64,000 bases of DNA from Octopus sinensis (taxonomy: Eukaryota). The notes beneath the pieces were generated by a model. It searched no databases. It saw nothing but the letters and a program-made list of their open reading frames with translations, and was not told the DNA's origin. This document shows positions 1 to 11,393 of this stretch, in pieces. Location: the NCBI RefSeq assembly GCF_006345805.1, contig NC_042997.1, positions 160,642,001 to 160,706,000 of the forward strand. Direction: 5' to 3'. A program made the position numbers and the translations under genes. Each line of letters begins with the position of its first letter. The stretch's first letter is position 1.

Positions 1-329
1 CGAATCATAGAATCTTATCCCACAAAGAGTAAAATTATTGAGAAAAACTCTTATGATGTATACTTCGACAACATATGAACATGCAGTATAGGTTCTCAAA
101 GAATCACATTTCTCAGTAGAATATTTTGTCCCTCCATCCACACATAGAAAATGCTAGATTTTGGTAAAGTATGTTTCTCAGAAAGCAAATTACAAAAGAG
201 AAACAAGCAACATTTCATTGGCGCAGGCACAGGCTTTAAGGACGGATTAAAACACTGCGATTCCTGTATTTAAGAGAGATTTCACATAATTTCCCTCTCA
301 TCTAAATGCTTATTAAAAGAAAAAGAGGG

Positions 330-1100
330 AACTAACTTCGACTTGATGATACATGCCTGAATATCCCTTTACAGTTTTCTATTTGGGTTTAGTTAATACT
401 AAAACTTCAATGCTAAAAACGAAAACAAAATTGAATGGAATTGACATCAACAATCCGACCAATAACTCACTGTGATGAGATTCCTGTACCAGTTTTTTAT
501 AGGGATTAGTGATCTAGATAAGGAAGATATACATGAGTCAGATGACGAATTTCTAGGCAATGAACACTGGATTATAAGTTACATTGACGAATGCTTTTGA
601 AAGCAATTTTCACAAAGTGAATGGATTGACTTGTTTTATGATTTAGAGACTTTGGTTGACAGGAGTATAATTATATTCCTGCCACTTCGTATTAAGTTGG
701 GTTTCCTGATGTAATTTGTGAAAGTGCTTGAAAAGAAAGGGGATTGCTTTCAATATATTAATAAAGTCTTTCCAGGAATTAACGGAGTTAAGTTGAAAGC
801 TGATATTTTCGATCAAGCCACAAATAGGCTGTCAGAGATCCTTATTTTTCACTTTGTATGAACGTGTTTGAAACAACAAACAAGAATGCGTCTGTATAGA
901 TAATAACATAACGATTTAATTCACAGTTTTCATGTCCCTGATTATAACATGAGTATTAATGTGGTTTTTTTTGTTCAGCCATTTGGCAAGATTTCTTGAA
1001 TAACAGTGTAACTTAAACAGTGAACAAGGTGAACGTTTCCGCAGGGATATTAAAACGATGGAGAAAAGTTACCATGGGATACCGTTGTGATAACAGGTTT
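330..1100 (+). mobile_element. Decayed Chapaev3-like (CMC superfamily) DNA transposase
   Basis: Translation across stops/frameshifts gives IFLPLRIKLGFLM*FVKVLEKKGDCFQYINKVFPGINGVKLKADIFD (~670-815) and NMSINVVFLFSHL...SEQGERFRRDIKTMEKSYHG (~945-1080). These match the LHIKLGLMKQFVKAL / KLKAGIFDGPQIR / SDEQGERFHQDIK motifs I recognise from Chapaev-type transposases. Confidence 0.7.
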
Positions 1101-1582
1101 TTGATGGTGTTTGAAAGGCGCTCATAGCAAAATTTCTCACCGTTGAAGATCAAATAACACATTTTTACCATTAAAAAATAGGATGAACACTTAGAGTCAA
1201 TTATATGAGTACTTTGGTTTCGCAAAATTAATTGTTAATTATTAGTGAGTTTGTATTTTATCGTCCTGTAAAGAAGTTCAACCTGAGATTCATTCTGCGG
1301 CATAAATAACATTTTTTTTCTATATATTGTTTTTTCGTAGCGAACCATCCAGGCATGATGGGATAAAATTAAGGGGTTTTATGAAATAAGCACATCGGAA
1401 TTGGAGAAAGAGAGCCACTGTGTGTTCATTTCATCAAATCTAAATAGCAACCAGTTAGCGATTAAATCATTCTTTACATTAGAAATTATTGGATCATACA
1501 CTAGATAATGCAGTTAAAAATTACTCCACACCTTCCACATAAAAGATAGGATGGTCACAGAATACCATTGATTATATATACA

Positions 1583-1593
1583 TCGATCTATGG

Positions 1594-1644
<51 letters not shown>

Positions 1645-1645
1645 A

Positions 1646-1678
<33 letters not shown>

Positions 1679-1752
1679 ATATATATTAATGTATTAAACA
1701 AAATTTTGTGTGTATGTGTGTGTGTGATTATGTGCGTGCGAGCGTGCGCGCG
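1583..1752. repeat. Compound (TA)n/(TG)n/(TATG)n microsatellite
   Basis: Directly visible; one of dozens in the window. Confidence 0.95.
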
Positions 1753-2557
1753 TATGTTCCTTATGGATTCGAAAACTGAAGACCCGGGTTTGACGTAAGA
1801 GGTATTTTTGCAAAATAGAAAAAACTATTTTTCATAAAATATTTGATGGGTAGGCCAATGATGAGGTAATATTCAGTCTTAGAGAAATCGGTAAATAGTA
1901 TATTACTTTTTAAGTTTTGGTAAAAAAGTCCTCTTAGTGGAATGAAAATTTATACTCAACCAATATAATATAATATAATAAACAATAAATATTAGATACA
2001 AATTTCAACTGTTTCGATTTTTACCCATAATAAAATTATAAAAACCATTGTTTGTGGGTAAGAATCACTTCGGTGTAATTTTTGAAACGTGAGGATTCAC
2101 AGATCCAAGAGAAGACTGAATGGATTTAAATATATTTGTTTTCAAGCGTGGGCGTCAATAATTAAAAACGAAATCAATGATAACAAATAAAATATGAACG
2201 GTCATAAAATATATTTGCATATTATTAAGTAATTTAATCTAAATATATCTTAGCGCATTAGTTTTTTTAAAAAATACCAGGAACAATATTTTAAAAATAT
2301 TTAAAAAATATCTTTTAAAAACCATGCTGGAATAAAAAATATCCCTTTCATTCTTCCATATTATTAAAAAATTCATGTTATTAAAATAACAATACGTTAT
2401 TTGGCTAAGGGTAAATTGCAAAATAATGTATTTAAAGTACTTTATCTCTAGTCAAATAGTAAATAATATTATGAATTACATTGCATTAATTTATTTATAA
2501 TAATCATTACTAAAGACCAAAGATTAATAATTAAAAATTACGTAGTCTATATAAGAA

Positions 2558-2724
2558 AGTACAGCTCTATATTTAAGAGATGTGGAATTACGTACATTAT
2601 TTATATTTGACGGATATTTGTTCTCGTTTTGGTTGTTGTTAACAGAACGTTTCGGCTGATATACTCTCCAGCCTTCATTAGGTGTCTTGGGGTAATTTTG
2701 AACCTGGGTTCTCATTCCTAAGGT
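2558..2724 (-). mobile_element. Penelope-like terminal repeat (family A) with decayed hammerhead ribozyme
   Basis: Reverse complement matches 2852-2980 and 55362-55530. Contains GACAC-CTAATGA-A-GGCTG-loop-CAGCC-GAA-ACGT-T-CTGTT at 2641-2686. Confidence 0.7.
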
Positions 2725-2775
2725 ATTTTTTCATGTTGTTGTTATTATTATTATTATTATCATTATTATTAAGAT

Positions 2776-2838
2776 CACAGCCTGGAATCGAACTCTGAAT
2801 CTTGGGGTTAGTAGCCCGCGTTCTTAACCACTACGTCA
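2776..2838 (-). mobile_element. tRNA-derived Pol III head (SINE-like; not a functional tRNA)
   Basis: Minus strand reads TGACGTAGTGGTTAAG (A box), GGG-CTACTAA-CCC (anticodon-like arm), GAGTTCGATTCC (B box). No acceptor stem is seen, and it is followed by (AAT)n. Confidence 0.7.
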
Positions 2839-2851
2839 ATATAAAAAAAAA

Positions 2852-2980
2852 ACCTTAGGAATGAGAACCCAGGTTCAAAATTTCCCCAATACACCTGATG
2901 AAAGTTAGAGGGTATATCAGCCGAAAAGTGTTAACAATAAACAAGATGAGAACAAGTATCCTTCCAATATAAATAATGTA
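2852..2980 (+). mobile_element. Penelope-like terminal repeat (family A), inverted relative to the 2558-2724 copy
   Basis: About 130-bp arm with CTGATGA at 2895-2901 and CAGCCGAAA; stems partly decayed. Confidence 0.7.
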
Positions 2981-3237
2981 AATATTGCATATAAGAAAGT
3001 AGTTTTCTAAAAAATATTATCATAGAAATTAAATCAACGCTGAATTAACTAGTTATCCATAAGAAATTTAATCATAAACACAACATAACTGTCATTTTGA
3101 TAATGACTCATTTCCATACAAAAATATTGTTAAAATTAATGTTGAAATTTTTAGAGGAAAAAAATTACGGGTATAAAGATATACCCGTGTGATAGTTTTT
3201 TTTAAATTTGATGTAAAATTGTAAAAAATTATTATAT

Positions 3238-3766
3238 GCAATAATCCATTATATTCATATTCAAAATCCGCCATATTATCTTGTATTCCAGTATAGTTCA
3301 TATAGTTAGTTTAGAAATGTGAAAATTGTATATACTTTAGTATGAGAATCTTGAAATTCATATGTCTTCTTGGTAATTGAATTAAATTTAAAAATCTAAG
3401 ATATTAATTAGTATCTTCCAATTATAAAAATATAAAAGAAATACTGTGACCAGTTTATAGTTTTACGATTTCATAGCTTCAAATATAATTTAAAATATAA
3501 TTTGATTTTGAATTATGAACTATATTTGGATTACCGGATAATATAATGAATTTTATACAAAAATATTATGGATTGCTACAGAAGAATTACCAAGACAAAA
3601 GTGTCATGGATTGCTACAGAGGAGTTACCAAGAAGACATAGGAATTTCAAGATTCTCATACTAAAGTATATACAATTTTCACATTTCTAAACTACCTATA
3701 TGGACTACACTGGAATACAAGATAATATGGCGGATTTTGAGTATGAATATTATGGATTATCGCAAT
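3238..3766. repeat. Inverted repeat, arms 3238-3378 and 3625-3766 (Penelope-like remnant)
   Basis: About 140-bp arms are near-perfect reverse complements (TATGTCTTCTTGGTAA / TTACCAAGAAGACATA). The right arm reads WTTLEYKIIWRILS, resembling the end of a PLE GIY-YIG domain. Confidence 0.8.
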
Positions 3767-3922
3767 AGAATAACCAAGGAAATATATATGGATTTAAAGA
3801 CTCTCATCAAAAGTAGTAATTTTTAATTTTTATTTTACATCTCAAACAAACACCATTTTACAATTTTACTTCAAATTTAAAAAAAGCTATCATTCGATAT
3901 ATTATACAATATTCATATTTTA

Positions 3923-4014
3923 TATCTCTGAAGAGCAGAAGGGTTGTCTATAAATGCTTATCGATATAGGATTTCATTATAGGTACAACTCTTCTGCGAA
4001 ACGATCGTAAGATG
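3923..4014 (+). ncRNA. Minimal type I hammerhead ribozyme with all core nucleotides intact
   Basis: Stem I ATCT(3924-27)/AGAT(4010-13); core CTGAAGA (3928-34); 13-bp stem II GCAGAAGGGTTGT/ACAACTCTTCTGC; GAA (3998-4000); palindromic stem III ACGATCGT; GUA cleavage triplet ending at 4009. Confidence 0.85.
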
Positions 4015-4429
4015 CTTAAATAATTTATTCAAAATTTTTAAACTATCAAATTTATTTTATACATTATATTTATATTTATTTATATAGATTTTAATACAAT
4101 AATTTCTTTCACACGGGTATATATTTATGATGAGTTTGGATATTAATTTCCTTATATTAATAATAATAATATATTATTAAAAAATATATGTATATATCGC
4201 TCGTATTAAATATAAAAATACTTTAAGAGTATTAATATTTTTATACAATGGAGCACTCAATAGAAATTCAGCATATAATATTCTTATTGATATACTGATG
4301 TATATATATATATATATATATACATATATAATGCCTATAGACATACACATACAACAGTAAATAATGCAGATAACCGAACTGTGGAAAATATTTTATCCTA
4401 AGAGAAGGATCGGAGATTCGTTTCAATCA

Positions 4430-4670
4430 TGGACAACTCACTCTTCACAAACAAAAACTTCACTTGTACTTTTGAAAACGTAATCAGTGCTATAACATCA
4501 GTGGGATGTGAAGGATGTTACATTTCTCAGACAGCACACACTTTAAGACAATGCAGAACTCTGCATAGATTGCAAATTTAAATACGGGAACACAGAAAAA
4601 TAGGTCTCAGATAAAATACAAACATATATACAGGTGAGAAACAACCAAACTTTATGATTTTCCATCTGCA
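4430..4670 (-). pseudogene. Possible decayed signal-peptide + PAN-like exon
   Basis: MENHKVWLFLTCIYVCILSETYF hydrophobic start, then across frameshifts C-L-K-x-C-V-L-S-E-K-C (cf. CFSHCVAYSKC in the lectin gene exon 1), ending near a GTGAGT donor. Confidence 0.25.
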
Positions 4671-5999
4671 TTTTAGTGATAATATAAAGCAACAACAACG
4701 TGTCAACGTGACAGAAAAGAAAATACACCACCAACACAACTGCCGCTTCTACAAAAATCACCAAACTGCTAAGGTTATAATGGCAAATAATATACACACC
4801 GAGAGCCCTATCCGCTCAAAGAGTATAAAACACGCTCTAAATTGCCGTCCAGTACTTCCTAATTCAAACCCTTATATCAAATTAGTCACGAAAAAATGTT
4901 GTTCATCCTTCAGCGCATAATAGATTTTATTTTACTTTGTCAATATATTATGCAGTGAATACGCTTACACATTACATGTATAGTTGCCCACATGCAACTT
5001 GCATGAGTTAGCCATGAGCAATGTTATGTGAGGAAACAATATCGCATTAGAAATCATTATTAAACAATGCTATTATATACTTATTTATTGAATGTCAACT
5101 TCGGATGATAATTTGTGGAGATAACTTTTAAGAAAGAAGTGAGAAAGGCCAGGTAAAAAAAGTAAGAAAAGTCAATGTTTAAAACGCATGTGTCTGCTAT
5201 CAGTAATCGATGAAGATCATGACATCAGCTACGAGTTAAAGTGGGATTTTATACGTTAATACATGTTTAATAAGAAGCAATGTGAGTTAGAAATATCGTT
5301 CAGGTCAAGGAATATGTAGTTTATGGATTATATGTCTTTCCCCACAAGAAAGCATGCAAAGGCCCTATTCTTAGACATATGTTCCTAGTCTCTTTGCAAA
5401 TGCTCATGGTTTTCCCTGTTGCTTTTACCAATAATCATAGAACGTTTTCCTTTTAGGTGACTGTTGACTTCTCTATTTGAAGTACCATGGATTAATTGCT
5501 TGGATGCACATAGTATTCACGCAGGTCCATTACCTAAAAGACACATAACAAAAAGAAAAAGAAAAACATAAAATAACAAATGGAAGAAGTGTCCACAGAA
5601 GGAAGTGGAAAAGTGGATTAACTCTTAGTGTATCTCTCGTGTTGAAAACCTGCCTAGAATATATTCTATATAAATAATAACGACAAAAGTTTAAACAACA
5701 GTCGTGTCAAGAATGCCTCTCCTACGTTGCAATAAAACTACCAGACAAATACATACTTATGCGTCTTATTTCTTATTTGAGAACAACGGAGATATTAATA
5801 AAACCTAACTCATCTTTAGTTTTTGCCTTCCAGAATAACTTTGAATGCGTTGTGATGAAAGTGAAGAGAAAGGTAACTACAATCCTGGAGTAAACCTATC
5901 TGTGGAAATAATAGCCACATCAGAAGTATTTAGGACTATCTCCGTTAAGAGCTCAAGACTACATAAATTTACCTTAATATTGCAGATCAGAAAGCTTTG

Positions 6000-7820
6000 A
6001 TATTTTATGAGAAAGGAATGAGTCTTAGAGACTCCAATTTACAAAACAAAACAATACAATATAATTTATAACTCTGCACGAACCAGCTTCTAAAATCCCC
6101 ATAACTGTGTATTATAATCTACAGTCTTTGTATTACAGTCAATGTACGGGCATCTGGCGAAATAAATGGTGTCCTGCCACATGAAGAGAAAGGTTGCAAG
6201 CTGAAAAGCAAAGGTAGCAAGGATGGACTCCTGGTAAACAAAACTGTACTTAGAGACTGCAAGATGAGGAAAACTAAATTGGCCATGACATGGATCGATT
6301 ACCGTAAAGCGCACAATATGATCACACATTCTTGGAATGCATGAACCTATTACGTATTGCATCGAATGTTGAGCGATTGCTTGGAAAAAGTATGACGAAT
6401 TGGAGGACGGAACTGACAGCATATGGAAGACGTTTAGGTACAATAGGAATCAGGAGATGCATCTTCCAAGGGGATTCCCTGTCCCTACTGATCTTTGTAA
6501 TGTGCATAGTACCACTAACACTGATTCTGGGGAAGGCAAAGGCTGGGTATGTATTCAAGAGCAACCGACACAATGTCAACCACTTGTGATTCATGGATGA
6601 ACTCAAACTTTATGGTAAAGATGAACCACAAGACAGTTCCCTCGTTGATACGGTTTATACTTTCAGTACTGATATCAGAATAAAGCTCGGACAGAAAGAG
6701 TGGATAGCGGCGTGTTAGTGTTGAAGAGAGGCAAAATCAAATGTATGGACGGGGAGGTCATGAAGCCGATAGAAGAGACGGACTATAAGTGCTTGGGGAT
6801 ATTGGAAATGGATAATGTGATGGAGGAAGAAATGACAGAAAAAATTGAGTTGGAGTACTTGCGCAGACTGATACTGATCCCTAAGTCGAAATTAAGCAGA
6901 CGGAATAAGATTGAAGCTATCAAAACCTGGGCAGTTTCACTACTTAGCTATGAAGCAGAGGTAATCGCATGAACAGCAGATGAACTAAACAGGTTAGACA
7001 GACAGAAAAGAATGCATGGAAAATTTGCTAGGGATGTGGAAGATAAGACAGACAGAGAAACAAGATGACTATGGATGACTAAAAGTGATTTAAAATGGGA
7101 AACGGAGGCTCTAATCTATGCTGCCTAAGAACAATCGTTAAGAACGAATTACATCAAATACAGAATAGACAACACATCAGAAAGTGATAAGTGCAGAATC
7201 TGTAGACAAAATGGTGAAACCGTATGGCATATTACCAGTCAATGTACGCCACTATCCCAGAAAGAATATAAGAGATCTCATGACAATATAACAAGGTTTG
7301 TCTATTAGACACTTTGCAATAAGTATGAACTTGACAGAACAGAAAAAGTGGTACGACCATAAACCCGAAGGCATCATCGAAAATGATAATGTAAAGATCC
7401 TATTGGATTTTATGATTCAGTGCCACCCCAAGAAAGCCAGACATATTTGAGAAAAAGTGCAAACGATGCTAGATCATAGATATAGCATGCCCAGCTGACA
7501 AGGTATGCGATAAGAAGAAAGAAAAGTCCATAGATATGACAGGCTGGCTAAGGGGGTTAAGCTGTTGTGGCCGATGAAGAAGGTGGTAGTTGTACCAATA
7601 CCTGCCGGAGCACTGGAAACACCGAGTAAAAATCTTCAGAAGTACATGGAAAAATAGGGGCTGCGATAAGGGTGGACTACTTGCAGAAAACAGCACTGCT
7701 TGAAACCGCTCGAATACTCTTGATTGTGATCGAAAAATAAAAAGGTTTTACCTTAGTTCAGAGGTAGTGAACAGGTGGCACTGTAGTATATCTCCAGCGT
7801 AAGAAGCTGTGCAAAGACGA
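6000..7820 (+). mobile_element. 5'-truncated, decayed R4/Dong-clade non-LTR retrotransposon (RT + CCHC + restriction-like endonuclease)
   Basis: WIDYRKA, IFQGDSLS, FMDELKLY, CRIC..GET..HI.SQC, SHDN and KTALLETARIL motifs with many stops; 3' UTR runs into an (AAC/AAT)n tail. Confidence 0.9.
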
Positions 7821-7986
7821 CAACAACAACAACAACAACAATAATAATAATAACAACAACAACAACAACGATAACAACAACAACAACGATAACAACAACA
7901 ACAACAACGATAACAACAATAACAACAATAACAACAATAATAATAATAACAATAATAATAATAATAATAATAATAACAATAATAAC

Positions 7987-8018
<32 letters not shown>

Positions 8019-8062
8019 TAATAATAATGATAATAATAATGATAATAATAATAATAATGATA

Positions 8063-8111
<49 letters not shown>

Positions 8112-8148
8112 CGACGATGATGATGATGACGACGACGACGACGACGAC

Positions 8149-8204
<56 letters not shown>

Positions 8205-8250
8205 CGATGATGAGACGACGACGACGACGACGACGATGATGATGCTGATG
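7820..8250 (+). repeat. Compound trinucleotide tail (AAC)n-(AAT)n-(GAT)n-(GAC)n
   Basis: Directly visible at the LINE 3' end. Confidence 0.95.
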
Positions 8251-9007
8251 ATGAGTGTTTTATCTTTCCGAAGAAGGGAAAAGATTCATCAGAAGACCAA
8301 ACTAGGTGCAGAAAGAAATTATGGGAGACTGCTAATCAATTAGTGTATATCAAATAGGATGATGCAAAGTGGATTTCAGATAAATTTTAAAAAGCATGAT
8401 GTTCACGCACCACTCGAACCATAAGGCATGAACTACTACACGCAAGCGTTTGCATACGCACCCACACAGACACGCCCATACAGACACACCCACAAAGATA
8501 GACAGACACACACACATACGCACACGATAATCTCACACACACGCTGTGCATAGCCCATCACACACATATGCACAGGTCCATACACAGACACCACTCACAC
8601 ACAAATACACGAAACGCGCATCGCTCCGCAAAACGCACGCACTAGGTTATTTATACACATGCACACCCTCCCATACGCACATACAGGTCCATCCGATTAC
8701 TCACGCACAAATATACACGATAGCCTCACACGCATACACTAGCCCGTACGTACGCACACACATGCGCGCGAATACACGAAATGCACATCTCTCCACACAA
8801 GCCTTGTACTAGGTTACTTATAAACTTGTACACACACGCCCTCATTCACACATACATTGACACATGCACGATCAACGCATATGCACAGGCGCTTTCACAC
8901 AACCGTTTTGATCCGGTCATCTCATCATACTGAACCATTATTCCCTAGACATTTTTTTCTCCCCCGCCCCTTTTTTTCGTTCTCTCTCCATCTTTTTCAT
9001 CTCAATC

Positions 9008-9043
9008 CTTTCTGTCGAAGAGCGTAAACTCAAACGGTTAAAG
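9008..9043 (+). ncRNA. Decayed hammerhead-like motif, PLE repeat family B
   Basis: CTTT-CTGTCGA-A-GAGC-GTAA-ACTC-AAACGGT-T-AAAG; homologous to 52256-52291 with shared downstream AGCGTTAAACTAATAC. Confidence 0.35.
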
Positions 9044-9615
9044 ACGTTTCCTCTTTTTCTCGAGCGTTAAACTAATACGCCTGCTTATCATTCCCTCAAA
9101 CCTTTTCAGACTTTGTTTTGTGTAAAACTGAACCATATGACATGTACACTCATACACACATGCGCATGTACACACATACACGGACACACATACACACATA
9201 CACAGAGACAAGCATATACAGAGACACACACTTATGTATGTGTATATGTGTATATGCATACATACATAAATACATACATATATATACATATATATATATA
9301 CGCACAAAGACAGACAGACAAACACACCACACAAACTCACACACACAAACTCACACACATATTACAATAGGGTAAGAGAAAAAGAGCAAGAGGGATGATA
9401 AAAGGTCATCATAAAAGAAATTAAAGCAACAGAAAACCGGCTTACACAGTCATTACACAGCACATACTCCACACGCGCATATACACATATAGGATGGTTA
9501 TAATTGATAATTTTTACGGTTTTAAATTTAGGCAAATATATCTATGTGTATCTGTGTATTTATATATGTTTGTATATATGCATATATATACATACATATA
9601 TATATATATGTGTGT

Positions 9616-9654
<39 letters not shown>

Positions 9655-9684
9655 TATGTGTGTGAGACAATTATTCGGTAGCCA

Positions 9685-9747
9685 TGATAAAACTCCCAGT
9701 TTCGGATGCCGAAATGGAAATCCACGCCACCATCTCTTCAGTTATCA
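9685..9747 (-). ncRNA. Type I hammerhead ribozyme, near intact
   Basis: Minus strand: TGATAA (stem I) CTGAAGA GATG...CATC-C GAA ACT-GGG-AGT T TTATCA. Perfect 6-bp stem I, GUU triplet; stem II has one extra C. Confidence 0.75.
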
Positions 9748-10747
9748 GACCATCGGAAAAATGCTATGAAAAATGACCGTTATACAAAGGGAAATTACTG
9801 TGTGATTGACCGTTTTTAAGACAAAAGAGCTATTTCAATGAGCGCTAAGTGAGGGAAGAGAGCGAATGTAAGGGGTAAAAAAGTCCATAGTATTCGCGTA
9901 AGCGCGCATGTTCATACCTTCACACGCGGGCCCGCACCCCCACGTGCGTGCGCCTAAAAGTATACATTCATCTAAGGGAGTGTACAAAGAGTCAACCATA
10001 CCCGTATCCACGCACACACACACGCCTACATACGCACATACATGCACACGTCTATATACGCACACACACACACGCACGCACAAAAAAGATCATACATACG
10101 TCTATACACAAGAAAAAACAAGGTTAGGTGCAAAAATACAGGAAAATGTGTAAAAACACAGAGTAAAACATGTCTTTTATACGCACATACTCGCATGCAC
10201 TCACACGCGTACACATCTATATACACACACACCAGCACGCACGCACACATACACACGCGCGCACAAAATATTTCATATACAAGTCTATATACGCACAGGG
10301 AAAAACAGGGTTGACGGTAGAATACAGAAAAATTATGTGTAAAAAAAATATCAGCAATAAACCTATAAGCCAAGTATAAAAAATATTTTTTTAAATATAC
10401 AAGGAATTAAAGTAAAATGTACAAAGAAGTAAAAAGCTTGTGCGTTGAAACAATATAGAAAGCAAGTTTTTTGTGTAGTCTTGGGGGAACCAAAAATGTA
10501 ACAAATATTTGGCCACATTTGGCCATGACCCGAAAAGTTCAGTTCTTGAATGCAGACATGTAGCGGGGTCTAAATTGCATGTCTGAATATATATATGTAT
10601 ATATATATATATTAAGGTATGTAGAAAAATACAACATGGACAAGAACGTATAACTCATAGAAGACGATACAATAAACATGGACAGGACATTCGAACCCCT
10701 CAGTCTTCAGTCAAGAACCGGATCATCGTAGTAATTTCGGCTGATTA

Positions 10748-10799
<52 letters not shown>

Positions 10800-10871
10800 T
10801 ATAGATATATATATATATATATATAATATATATATAATATATATATATATATATGTATGTATGTATGTATA

Positions 10872-11393
10872 TGCAAAGCATGGACGAAATCGGATGAAAA
10901 CTGATCGGTTTTACGTGGGATTAAGCTGATGGTCGGTAACATAAACACACACATACCCACACACTCATAAACACACGCACATCTTTCATCTTATCATATA
11001 TATATATGTGTGTGTGCGTGCGTGCGTGCGTATGTATAAATATGCACTTATATATGAGCGTGTATACGCTCACACACACACACGAACAATGATAAGTTTA
11101 TAGCTTTAGTAGAGAGAGGGGGATGCTACTATTTACATATTCTTTTCTTCTTTAAGCAGAAATGCTCACAAACGCATATAATTCCATCATATACATGCAT
11201 AGATTATATACACACAAACACACACACAAATACATACATATACATACGCACGCACGCACACACACATAGATATATATGATAAGACGAAAGATGTGTGTGT
11301 GTTTATGAGTGTGTGTGTGTTTATGTCACCGACCATCAGCTTAATCCCACGTAAAATCGATCAGTTTTCATCCGATTTCGTCCATGCTCTGCA
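10872..11393. mobile_element. Candidate MITE/foldback element with ~125-bp inverted arms
   Basis: Arms 10872-11000 and 11272-11393 are reverse complements (GCATGGACGAAATCGGATGAAAACTGATCG...ATCTTATCATATA); microsatellite interior and TA-rich flanks. Confidence 0.7.

Noticed and set aside
2776-2838. Functional tRNA gene
   Set aside because: No acceptor stem, non-standard anticodon context, and embedded in a repeat.
3935-4030. GIY-YIG-like peptide reading (SRRVVYKC...YNSSAKR)
   Set aside because: The same bases form a complete hammerhead with a 13-bp stem; the peptide resemblance is short and likely coincidental.
5400-5545. Strong minus-strand acceptor followed by KQLIHGTSNREV, faintly lectin-like
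   Set aside because: All three phases hit stops within a few codons and the similarity is too short.
7758-8239. Poly-L/I/M/N/Y and IYIY/CVCV/HTHT ORFs throughout the track (also 15392, 20158, 20172, 24407 and others)
   Set aside because: Translations of microsatellites; no coding evidence.
8270-8300. Antisense CTGATGA with a small stem
   Set aside because: No GAAA and no stem I pairing.
10690-10745. Antisense CTGAAGA and CAGCCGAAA motifs
   Set aside because: Order and pairing do not give a type I or III hammerhead.
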